A DNA stretch of 64,000 nucleotides from Gammaproteobacteria bacterium (lineage in GTDB: Bacteria > Pseudomonadota > Gammaproteobacteria > Steroidobacterales > Steroidobacteraceae): the NCBI GenBank assembly GCA_031414335.1, contig JANNVI010000044.1, positions 1,218-65,217 of the forward strand, in the 5' to 3' direction. The stretch's first letter is position 1. Each line of letters starts with the position of its first letter. Made by a program: the position numbers and the translations under genes. This document shows positions 22,169 to 30,727 of the stretch, piece after piece. The notes under the pieces were generated by a model, which searched no databases, was not told where the DNA came from, and worked only from the letters and a program-made list of their open reading frames with translations.

Positions 22169-24268
22169 CTACTTGAGCCAGCGCGCCAGCCAGGCGTGAA
22201 CTTCCTGGAAGAAGAACCGGCTGTCCTCGCCCTTCAGCACCCAGTGGTTTTCCTCCGGAAAAACCACCAGCCGGCTTTCGATCCGGCGCCGTTGCAGGAT
22301 GGTCCAGTACTCGAGCGAATTGTTGAGCGGCACGCGGAAGTCCTGCTCGCCCACCGTGACTAACACCGGGGTCGCGAACTTGCCCGCATAGCGGATCGGA
22401 TTCTGCGTGCGCCACACTGGCCCCTGCTCCCAGACCGGTCCGCCGTTGTTGATTTCACGCGGATAAGTGCTGTCCGAGGTTCCGAACTGCGATTCGAGAT
22501 TGATCAGGCCCGCATGGCTGATCAGGCAACGGTAACGTGTCGTGGTCGCCTGCAGCCAGTTCGACAAATGCCCGCCATAGCTTGCGCCGCCCGCGCATTG
22601 CCGGCTGCTGTCGATGAACGCATAGCGCTTGATCGCCTCATCGGCCGCTTCGTTGATTTCCTCGCCCGCGGTGCGCAACGGATCGCCCTGGATATGGCGC
22701 GCAAATTCCTCGCCGAATCCGGTCGAGCCGGAATAGTTGGTCAGCAGCACGACATAGCCGGGCGCGGCCAGCATGTGGTAATTCCAGCGCAACACCCACT
22801 CGTCGCGCCACATGGTGTGCGGCCCGCCATGGATCACGACGAACAGCGGATATTTCTTGTTAGCGTCGAAACCCGGTGGCTTGATGAGGTAGCTGTGGAC
22901 CATCCGCCCCCTGGAGCTGCGGGTCCAGAAGGCCTCCGCCGGCGCGAGGTCGAGCTGCTGCGCGCGGGCGCCGGCAAAATTTGTCAGCGTCTGATGCTGG
23001 CCACCCGCGGCATCAAGGCGCACGAGTTCCCTGGGCGCAGCCACACTGTCGTAGTTGGCGATGAGCACCGGCATTTTGGCGCGATCAGCGACGACCAGAT
23101 TGCTGTAGGCGCCCTTCTTGAGGTCGATCGCAACCCGCACCGCGCCGCCCGCCACCGGCACCGAGTACAACTTCTCGTTGCCCGAGTCCTCGGCGGTCAG
23201 CCACACGATCCTGCTATCGGCGCTGACCGCAAACGAGCTCACCGAGCGGTCGAAGCCGGTTGTCAGTTCACGTAGCTGGCCCTGCTGCGGCCAGGTCATC
23301 GCGACCACCCGCGTCAGGTCGTAGACAAATCCAGTCACACGATCGCAGCTGGCTAACAGACGCGAGCCATCGGGCGCAAAGACCGGATGACCACAGCTGT
23401 AGTCCTTGCCGGTCAGCGCGCGCGGTTCACCGCCGGCCGCGGGGACGGAAAACAATGTCGTCGAAGCAAAGGCATAGGCCGCGGTATCGGCGTTGGTCGA
23501 CGCGGCAAACACCAGCGACTGGCTATCCGGCGCCCAGGCCGCATCCAGCGCTTCACCGCTGTCGCTGCGCCGGCCCGCAAAGCCCGGGAGCCTGGCCGGC
23601 GCGCTGTTGGCTAACAGATCGCGCGGCGCAGCGGCAGCGTTGCCGGCGGCGTCGAGCGCCAGCACCAGCAGCCGCGGTTGCCGGCCGTCGATCCAGTGAT
23701 CCCAGTTGCGGATCGGAAAGCTGGTGTAGACGCGGGCGTTGTATTTGCGCGCCTTGCGTTCTTCGTGGGCCTTGCGGTTGTCGTCCTCGGAGACCGTGCC
23801 CGGCCAGGCCATAGTTTCCAAGGCGAGCGCACGGCCATCGGGCGAGAATTGCGCATTGCGCGCACCGCCGACCAGGGTTGTCAGCCGGCGCGCCTCGCCA
23901 CCCGCGAGATCGAGCAGATAGAGCTGCTCGACTTCGTCATCGCCGCGCTTGGCCGAGAAGACGATGCGCTGGCTGTCGCGCGACCAGCTAACGCCGGACT
24001 CGCCGCCCAGCGTCTGCGTCAGCGGTTTGGGCGGGCTTTTGCCGTCGACGGCCACCAGCCACAGGTCCGAAGATTTCAGTTTCTCGTCGTAGGACGGCTG
24101 GTTGACGGACACGACGACCCAGCGGCCGTCGGGGCTAACAACCGGCGCGCCGACCCGGGGCATGAGCCAGAGACCTTCGTGAGTAATCGCCCGGGGTGCA
24201 GCCCATGCTGTCGCTGCACATGCGAGCAACGCCAAGGCCAGAATCGAGGTCGAATAACGAATGGTCAT
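22169..24268 (-). CDS. S9 family serine peptidase (prolyl oligopeptidase/dipeptidyl aminopeptidase-like), exported
   Basis: 699 aa with a signal peptide, a beta-propeller-like N-terminal half, and a C-terminal alpha/beta hydrolase domain carrying the nucleophile elbow GGASYGGH. Confidence 0.85.
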   Translation of the reverse strand: MTIRYSTSILALALLACAATAWAAPRAITHEGLWLMPRVGAPVVSPDGRWVVVSVNQPSYDEKLKSSDLWLVAVDGKSPPKPLTQTLGGESGVSWSRDSQRIVFSAKRGDDEVEQLYLLDLAGGEARRLTTLVGGARNAQFSPDGRALALETMAWPGTVSEDDNRKAHEERKARKYNARVYTSFPIRNWDHWIDGRQPRLLVLALDAAGNAAAAPRDLLANSAPARLPGFAGRRSDSGEALDAAWAPDSQSLVFAASTNADTAAYAFASTTLFSVPAAGGEPRALTGKDYSCGHPVFAPDGSRLLASCDRVTGFVYDLTRVVAMTWPQQGQLRELTTGFDRSVSSFAVSADSRIVWLTAEDSGNEKLYSVPVAGGAVRVAIDLKKGAYSNLVVADRAKMPVLIANYDSVAAPRELVRLDAAGGQHQTLTNFAGARAQQLDLAPAEAFWTRSSRGRMVHSYLIKPPGFDANKKYPLFVVIHGGPHTMWRDEWVLRWNYHMLAAPGYVVLLTNYSGSTGFGEEFARHIQGDPLRTAGEEINEAADEAIKRYAFIDSSRQCAGGASYGGHLSNWLQATTTRYRCLISHAGLINLESQFGTSDSTYPREINNGGPVWEQGPVWRTQNPIRYAGKFATPVLVTVGEQDFRVPLNNSLEYWTILQRRRIESRLVVFPEENHWVLKGEDSRFFFQEVHAWLARWLK

Positions 24269-24308
24269 ATGGACTTAACAGCGACTGCGAAAAGTCTGAG
24301 GAGTTGAT

Positions 24309-25211
24309 TCAGGCATTGGTAGCCATACCGCGCCAGGCTGCGCGAATATTGGCCGCAGTTGCCCCGCTGCCATCCGGCCGCCATCCGGGCGGTCCAAAAA
24401 CATACCTTACAACTTCGCGCGCGCTGCGCGCGTGCCAGACGTCGCGGAACATCGCCGCCCATTCGTGGAACGCGATACGAATCGGGTTGTAGGTCTCGAT
24501 GTTGCGGATCAGGCCGTACTTCGGCGGATCCTTGTCGGTCTCCGCGGCGAAGGTTCCGAACATGCGGTCCCAGACCATGAACATGCCGGCGTAGTTGCGG
24601 TCCACGTAGCGCGGATTGGAAGCGTGGTGCACGCGGTGATTGGAAGGCGTGTTGAACAGGTATTCATACCAGGCCGGCATCCGCTGGATGGCCTCGGTGT
24701 GGATCCAGAACTGGTACAGCAGGTTGATGCCACTCTGCAGCAAGACCATCTCGGGCGGAAACCCGATCAGCAACAACGGGAACCAGGGTATCCAGGTGCC
24801 GGCGGGCACACCGGTCCAAGGCTGCCGGATCGCCGTCGAGAGGTTGTACTCCTGCGACGAGTGATGGTTGACATGCGCTGCCCACCAGAAACGGCACTCG
24901 TGGCTGGCGCGGTGGAACCAGTAATACGCGAAGTCATCGAGCACCACGATCGCTGCCCACGCGTATACCGAGTTCATCGGAATGTCGAACAGCCGGAACT
25001 GGTAGATGAAGGCGAACACCACGGCAGTGGCACCCGCTAACATCACGTTGGTCGCATAGTTGCCGGCGCGCATGCCGATCGACGCGAGCGTGTCCTTCCA
25101 GGTGTAGTGGCCACTCACCAGCTGCGTCCGGATCAGCACCATCTCGACGGCCATCACCACGAAGCGCGTCAGCACCAGTATTTGTGCAACCGTGAGGGCT
25201 TTGATCCACAT
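24309..25211 (-). CDS. sterol desaturase / fatty-acid hydroxylase superfamily membrane protein
   Basis: 300 aa, multi-TM, with histidine boxes HRASHE, HVNHH and HRVHH. Confidence 0.8.
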   Translation of the reverse strand: MWIKALTVAQILVLTRFVVMAVEMVLIRTQLVSGHYTWKDTLASIGMRAGNYATNVMLAGATAVVFAFIYQFRLFDIPMNSVYAWAAIVVLDDFAYYWFHRASHECRFWWAAHVNHHSSQEYNLSTAIRQPWTGVPAGTWIPWFPLLLIGFPPEMVLLQSGINLLYQFWIHTEAIQRMPAWYEYLFNTPSNHRVHHASNPRYVDRNYAGMFMVWDRMFGTFAAETDKDPPKYGLIRNIETYNPIRIAFHEWAAMFRDVWHARSAREVVRYVFGPPGWRPDGSGATAANIRAAWRGMATNA

Positions 25212-25312
25212 ATTCTGCAGATCTTACCTCGAACTCAGTATCTTGCGCGCGGCCCCCCTCCCCGCGCGCAACGCCGGGCGCAAACTGGCGGCTGACCCAA
25301 CAAAGACGACGC

Positions 25313-25702
25313 TTACTTGCGAACGTTTGCGGTCAACGTTCGCACTTGTCCCATGGTCCTTTTGGCGGCCTGCTTGGCGCAGGTCGCATCGTCGGGAGCC
25401 GACTCCGGATATTGCCGTCCAATCTCCTGGCACAACGCCAGCGCCGCGTCATTGACGCGCTTTTCCAGCGTCACCATGTCACTGGCCAACTTGAGATCAA
25501 GGTCCTTCGCATTGACGCCATAGCTCAGTTCAAGGGTCTTATAGAGCGGGGTTGGCGTAAGGCCATTCGTTCCTGGCTTTATTTTCACGGTCGTCCGCGA
25601 CCCCAGCACTTTAACCTCGGCCACGTCCTGGGCAAAGGCGGCACTCATCACCAATCCGCAGGCGACTGCGGCGACCATCAGGGTTTTGCGACTGGCATTC
25701 AT
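25313..25702 (-). CDS. UrcA-like small secreted protein
   Basis: Start moved to ATG 25702 (MNASRKTLMVAAVACGLVMSAAFA signal) with an upstream aaggagaa RBS. About 129 aa with a conserved Cys pair (ALCQEIG...DDATCAKQA). Confidence 0.55.
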   Translation of the reverse strand: MNASRKTLMVAAVACGLVMSAAFAQDVAEVKVLGSRTTVKIKPGTNGLTPTPLYKTLELSYGVNAKDLDLKLASDMVTLEKRVNDAALALCQEIGRQYPESAPDDATCAKQAAKRTMGQVRTLTANVRK

Positions 25703-25894
25703 GGGTTTCTCCTTGTGCGGGATTCGCACTAACAAACTACCGGTCGCCAAATTAGGCTGGGTTCAGTCCTTTTACTATTCGGAGTTATGCGTTCCGGGCG
25801 GCGAAGTCTACGTATGCGCTGCGCTCGAATTTACAGAGCAATCAGGCTACGCTGCCTGCCTGGCCGCATGGCCACCTAGCGGAGGGTTTGCGCC

Positions 25895-26947
25895 ATGGAT
25901 CGAGGTATCAGAACACGTACTGCAATTGCGGTCGCGCTTGCGCTGTGCGCCGTGGGGCTCATGCCGGGCTCGGTCGCCTGCGCCGCCGAACATACGTTGT
26001 TAGCCAGTCCGCAGACGATCCAGTTCGGTCATTTCGATGCCTCGGTCAAGCCGGTGCTGACAATTGAGTCCGGCGACATCGTGACCATCGAAACCGCGAC
26101 GCAGATCGACCCGGTCGAGGTCGACGCGTCCGGTGCGGTGCCGCCGGCCGCCGTGCCGCAGTACGTGCGCGACATTTTCAATCAGGTGAAGGATCGCGGA
26201 CCAGGTCCGCATGTGCTCACCGGGCCGATCTATGTGAACGGCGCCGAGCCCGGCGATGTGCTCGAAGTTCGTATTCTGCAGATCGATCTCGCGACCGACT
26301 ACGGGTACAACACCCAGCGGCCGTATGCCGGCCTGCTGCCCGAAGATTTCCCGGCCGTGTGGCAGCGTGTGATCCCGATCAACCGGCGCACCAAGACCGC
26401 CGACGTGGCGCCCGGAGTCGTGGTGCCCGTTGATCACCCGTTCTTTGGCACCATCGGTGTGGCGCCGCCCGCCAAGCTCGGGCGCATCTCGAGCGGCCCG
26501 CCGGGGATTCATGCCGGCAACCTGGATAACAAGGACATCGGCGCCGGCGCCACTCTATATATCCCGATCCACGCACCGGGCGCGTTGTTCTCCGCTGGCG
26601 ATGGCCACGGCTCACAGGGCGATGGCGAGATCGACGTCAGCGCGATAGAAACCGGCTTGCGCGCCAGACTGCAGTTCTTCGTGCGCAAGGACATGAAGCT
26701 CGCCTGGCCGCGCGCCGAGACACCAACTCACTGGATCGTCATGGGACTGGCCCCGAGCCTCGATGAGGCAATGAAACTCGCGGCGCGCGAGACCATCGCG
26801 TTCATCACCCAGCACTACCCGAAGCTAACGCGCGAAGAGGCCTACATGATCGCGAGCACTGCGGTTGACTACCACGTGACTCAGGTGGTCGATCGCACGG
26901 TGGGCATTCACGGGATGATTCCGAAGGCGATATTCACCGGACGCTGA
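25895..26947 (+). CDS. acetamidase/formamidase family protein, exported
   Basis: 350 aa. FmdA/AmdA-type core HAGNLDNKDIGAGATLYIPIHAPGALFSAGDGHGSQGDGEI, with an N-terminal signal. Confidence 0.8.
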   Translation: MDRGIRTRTAIAVALALCAVGLMPGSVACAAEHTLLASPQTIQFGHFDASVKPVLTIESGDIVTIETATQIDPVEVDASGAVPPAAVPQYVRDIFNQVKDRGPGPHVLTGPIYVNGAEPGDVLEVRILQIDLATDYGYNTQRPYAGLLPEDFPAVWQRVIPINRRTKTADVAPGVVVPVDHPFFGTIGVAPPAKLGRISSGPPGIHAGNLDNKDIGAGATLYIPIHAPGALFSAGDGHGSQGDGEIDVSAIETGLRARLQFFVRKDMKLAWPRAETPTHWIVMGLAPSLDEAMKLAARETIAFITQHYPKLTREEAYMIASTAVDYHVTQVVDRTVGIHGMIPKAIFTGR

Positions 26948-28226
26948 ATGACTGGGCTGAACCGCGGGCCGCCAAGGCCTCCACCGCCTGCACGACGCGG
27001 TCGATTTCCTGTGGCGTGTTGTAGTGCACCGCGCCTATCCGCACCATTCCGTGCTGCGCCAGCCCGAGTCGCGCCACCAGTTCCACCGCGTAGTAATTGC
27101 CGTCCCACACAAAGATATTTTGCGCTCCCAGCTCCTGCGCCACCTGCGACGGCGTGTATCCCTCGAGAGTGAACGAGACCGTGGCGACGCGCTGATCGAA
27201 CCGCCGTGCATCGGTGATGCCGTAGACCCGCACGCCCGCAATGCGCTGCAACCCTGCAACCAGCCGCTCGCTGAGCGTGCGCTCGTAATCATGGATGGCA
27301 GCCATCGCGCACGCCAACCTCTGCCGGCGCCCCTGCAGATGCGCAAACTGCGCCGCGTACGCGCCGCCCTCGACGCTTCCCAGCCACTCAAAGTAATCAA
27401 CCGCGCCCAGCACTCCGGCCAGGCCTTCGTGGCTTTGCGTTCCAGTCTCGAATTTTCCTGGCGCCTTGTCAGATGCCGGACGCACCTTGTAGGCGGGCAG
27501 CTGGTCGAGCAACTCCCGGCGGCCCCACAGGATGCCCTGGTGCGGGCCGAAGAATTTGTAGCCACTGCAGGCTAACAGATCGGCGCCCAGCTGCTGCACG
27601 TCGGTGGAGCCGTGCGCTGCCCCCTGCACCGCGTCCACGAACAGCAGCGCGCCGGCCGCGTGTACCTGCGCGGCGATCTCCGCCACGGGGTTGACCGTGC
27701 CCACGGCGTTCGATGCCAAACCCACCGCCACCAGCCGCGTGCGCGGCGTTAGCAGCGACTGCAACTGGTCTACCCGCAGCGTGCAGTCTTCGGGATTGAT
27801 GTCCAGCCATTTGACCGTCATGCCCCGGTCAGTCGCCACCGCAAGCCACGGCGCGATGTTGGCGTCGTGGTCGAGGCGCGTGACAATCAGTTCGTCGTCG
27901 GGCTTCCAGCCTTGCGCCAGCGAACGCGAGACCGAGAAAGTCAGGCTGGTCATGTTCTGCCCGAACACGATTTCATCCGGCGACGACGCGTTCAGGAAGT
28001 CCGCCATGGCCATGCGCGCTGCGGTAACAGAAGTGTCCGAGTCGCGCGAAGTTCGAAACGCGCCGCCGCTGTTAGCGTTGTGCTGCACCAGGTAGTGCTG
28101 CATGCGATCGAGCACCTGTTGCGCCACCTGGGTCCCACCCGGGTTGTCGAGGTAGACCCGGGGCTGGCCGTCATCGATGAGACCAAGCGCGGGGAATTTG
28201 GCGCGAATGCGCGGCAGATCTAACAT
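26934..28226 (-). CDS. class V aminotransferase-fold PLP enzyme (cysteine desulfurase-like)
   Basis: Start moved to ATG 28226 (MLDLPRIRAKFPAL...). PLP-lysine region CSGYKFFGPHQG. The 3' end overlaps the convergent formamidase gene by 14 nt. Confidence 0.8.
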   Translation of the reverse strand: MLDLPRIRAKFPALGLIDDGQPRVYLDNPGGTQVAQQVLDRMQHYLVQHNANSGGAFRTSRDSDTSVTAARMAMADFLNASSPDEIVFGQNMTSLTFSVSRSLAQGWKPDDELIVTRLDHDANIAPWLAVATDRGMTVKWLDINPEDCTLRVDQLQSLLTPRTRLVAVGLASNAVGTVNPVAEIAAQVHAAGALLFVDAVQGAAHGSTDVQQLGADLLACSGYKFFGPHQGILWGRRELLDQLPAYKVRPASDKAPGKFETGTQSHEGLAGVLGAVDYFEWLGSVEGGAYAAQFAHLQGRRQRLACAMAAIHDYERTLSERLVAGLQRIAGVRVYGITDARRFDQRVATVSFTLEGYTPSQVAQELGAQNIFVWDGNYYAVELVARLGLAQHGMVRIGAVHYNTPQEIDRVVQAVEALAARGSAQSFSVR

Positions 28227-28236
28227 TGTTTCTTCT

Positions 28237-28890
28237 CTACTTGATTGCAACCAGGACGTCAGTGACCACCGCACGCGGCAGCCTGCCGATGTGCTTCACC
28301 ACGACACCGTGCTCGATGGACTTCCAGTACTCATCGACCGACTGTGACGTCCGGATGTAATGCACCGTGGAAAATGTCCCGGCGGGGACGGTTATCGTCT
28401 CGCGAATTGCGACGATCTTGAGGGTTCCGGCCGGCGACGCCGCCGAAGCTGTGGTCTGCTGCGATCGATAGCTCGCCGTCACCGACGGGATCCGCCACGA
28501 CCGCCCGGCGCAGGCGCGAAACGCCGGATCGCTGACGATGCCGGGGCGAAACAGCGTCGATTCAAGCGCGCCGCCCTGGGCATTCATCCGCCGGGTCTCA
28601 TCGAGCACCGCGACATCGTCGGCAATGTGGTGTCGATTGACCTGTACCGACACCGCGCCGCCCCGCGTCGTGCGCACCCGGCTGCCGGTTGCCGTCACCG
28701 ACTCCCAGTGATCAGTGTAGTGCGATTTCCCGCCCGTCGATTCAACGTGCTGATAGTTGTAGCCAAGCGCGGGCTTTGGCGTCGCGATGGTCACGCAGTC
28801 CTGCGCGGTGTTAGCCGACTGCAATCCCGTGCTGAACGTCAGCAGCAATCCGGTGACAACTAGAATCCGCATCGCTCGTAGCATACACAC
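28237..28890 (-). CDS. hypothetical secreted protein
   Basis: 217-aa ORF with a signal-like N-terminus (MRILVVTGLLLTFSTGLQSA; the real start may be ATG 28872). No family recognised. Tightly packed between the aminotransferase and PhyH genes. Confidence 0.5.
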   Translation of the reverse strand: MCMLRAMRILVVTGLLLTFSTGLQSANTAQDCVTIATPKPALGYNYQHVESTGGKSHYTDHWESVTATGSRVRTTRGGAVSVQVNRHHIADDVAVLDETRRMNAQGGALESTLFRPGIVSDPAFRACAGRSWRIPSVTASYRSQQTTASAASPAGTLKIVAIRETITVPAGTFSTVHYIRTSQSVDEYWKSIEHGVVVKHIGRLPRAVVTDVLVAIK

Positions 28891-28902
28891 AGGAAAATCA
28901 AT

Positions 28903-29709
28903 TCAGCCGAACAATGACTTCGATGCTTCGAAGTGCGTGTCGGCAATTTTATCCATGCCGGGGCGGGGCCGCAGGTAGCTGAAGTACGCCACCCAACGCT
29001 CCTGCGCGCTGGCGTTGGCGAGGCCCCGGTGCAGGATCCGGTCGTCGAAGATCAGGCAATCGCCCGCCGCCATCGCCTGCACGACCGACTCTGTCGTTCC
29101 TGCCTCCTGCGCCTGCCCGGCGCGCCGCAAGGTCGCTGGCGTTATCTCCGTGTCTGTCTGATAAAGAAGGTCGTCGCGGTCCAGCCACGGACGCGCGAGA
29201 TGATTGGTCATCTGGTGCGTGCCACTGGCCACCTCGGTCGGGCCGGCCGCGAGCGGAATATCCGCCAGCGCCAGCAGCACGTTCACCGCGTGCGCCGGCC
29301 GGGGATCCACCGCCTCGTGAGGAGAGTCGATGTGCCACTGCTGCGCAGGCGAGCCGGGTCGCGAGAACACGACCCCGCAGAACGAAGGCCGCGCATCCGG
29401 GCCCAGCGCCGCCCGGACCATCCCCAGCCAGGGCACCTCGGGCGCCGTGGAGCCTTGCGCGCCCCAGATCGGCGCCAGATCCTGCTCGCTCATGGGGACA
29501 TCAAACCTGCCAGGCGAGCGTTGCACCAGTTCGTGGAACCCATGCCGGCTGCCGATGCCGATCGGCCTGGTTCCAAGCGCGTCCATGACGCGTGCTGCTC
29601 GCGCGCGCATCACGTCGTTGATTGTGCGCAGCAGCGCTGCAGGCACCAGGCCGCGCACCAGCGCGACACCGTCCGCCGCGAACTGCTGCGGGCCAAATTG
29701 CAGGGTCAT
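28903..29709 (-). CDS. phytanoyl-CoA dioxygenase (PhyH) family Fe(II)/2-oxoglutarate oxygenase
   Basis: 268 aa with a PhyH-like HxD region (QQWHIDSPHE) and the distal ...DDRILHRGLAN. Confidence 0.7.
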   Translation of the reverse strand: MTLQFGPQQFAADGVALVRGLVPAALLRTINDVMRARAARVMDALGTRPIGIGSRHGFHELVQRSPGRFDVPMSEQDLAPIWGAQGSTAPEVPWLGMVRAALGPDARPSFCGVVFSRPGSPAQQWHIDSPHEAVDPRPAHAVNVLLALADIPLAAGPTEVASGTHQMTNHLARPWLDRDDLLYQTDTEITPATLRRAGQAQEAGTTESVVQAMAAGDCLIFDDRILHRGLANASAQERWVAYFSYLRPRPGMDKIADTHFEASKSLFG

Positions 29710-29804
29710 GCATGTGCTCCTGCCCCTGGGGCAGATGTAATCGTTAGGTGCCGTGCCGGCGGGTGCGATTGTAATCCAGTTCTTGTTGTGCTGGAGTCAC
29801 CGCC

Positions 29805-30551
29805 ATGACTATCTCCCCGCCAAATGAATCCCAGGCTCGCACCGATCTGGCCGCGGCGTTTCGCTGGGCGGCGCGACTGAACCTGCATGAGTCGATCGCC
29901 AACCATTTCAGCCTTGTCGTCTCCGAGGACCGGCATAAATTCCTGCTGAACCCGAACGGGCGGCATTTCTCGCGCATCCGTGCCAGCGAACTGTTGCTGC
30001 TGGACGCGAGCGATGAATCGTCGGCCAAAGGCCCCAACGCGCCGGACCCCACCGCCTGGCATCTGCACGGACAGCTGCACCGCCTGCTGCCGCACGCGCG
30101 CTGCATCCTGCACACGCATATGCCGTATGTGACGGCGCTCAGTTGCCTCAAGGACTTCGAATTCCTGATGCTGGATCAAAACGCCTGCCGCTACCATCGG
30201 CGCATTGCCTACGACCGCAACTTCGACGGCATGGCGCTCAACGCGTCAGAAGGCGCGCGCGTGGCCGGCCTGCTCGGCGAGGACAAGAGCGTGCTGATGA
30301 TGGGCAATCATGGCGTGCTGGTGATAGGCGCCTCGGTTGCCGAGGCGTTTGATGATCTTTATTACCTCGAGCGCGCCGCGAAGGTGCAAATCCTGGCGCT
30401 GTCCACCGGGCGGGCGCCGGCGTTGATACCGGACGCCATTGCGGCCAAGACCTGCGCGCAATGGTTTTCTTACCCGAGCGAATTTTCCAGACTGCACTTC
30501 GCAGCTTTGAAGGAAATTCTGCACGAGGAAGAACCGAGCTATCGGCAATAG
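29805..30551 (+). CDS. class II aldolase/adducin family protein
   Basis: 248 aa with the metal-binding His region (CILHTHMPY, MGNHGVLVIG). Confidence 0.8.
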   Translation: MTISPPNESQARTDLAAAFRWAARLNLHESIANHFSLVVSEDRHKFLLNPNGRHFSRIRASELLLLDASDESSAKGPNAPDPTAWHLHGQLHRLLPHARCILHTHMPYVTALSCLKDFEFLMLDQNACRYHRRIAYDRNFDGMALNASEGARVAGLLGEDKSVLMMGNHGVLVIGASVAEAFDDLYYLERAAKVQILALSTGRAPALIPDAIAAKTCAQWFSYPSEFSRLHFAALKEILHEEEPSYRQ

Positions 30552-30575
30552 CGGCGTCGATCCGGACGTTTCGGT

Positions 30576-30652
30576 TGGTAGCGGGGGCAGGATTTGAACC
30601 TGCGACCTTCGGGTTATGAGCCCGACGAGCTGCCAGACTGCTCCACCCCGCA
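30576..30652 (-). tRNA. initiator tRNA-fMet (anticodon CAT)
   Basis: The reverse complement TGCGGGGTGGAGCAGTCTGGCAGCTCGTCGGGCTCATAACCCGAAGGTCGCAGGTTCAAATCCTGCCCCCGCTACCA is near-identical to E. coli tRNA-fMet. It has the three G:C pairs of the anticodon stem and an unpaired 1:72 position (here U/U). Confidence 0.9.
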
Positions 30653-30727
30653 CCAGTTGGGGACGCGGATGATACACAGGTTGTCTGGACGCGTCACGCT
30701 CGCAAAAAGCTGTTGCCGCTCAGGGAG

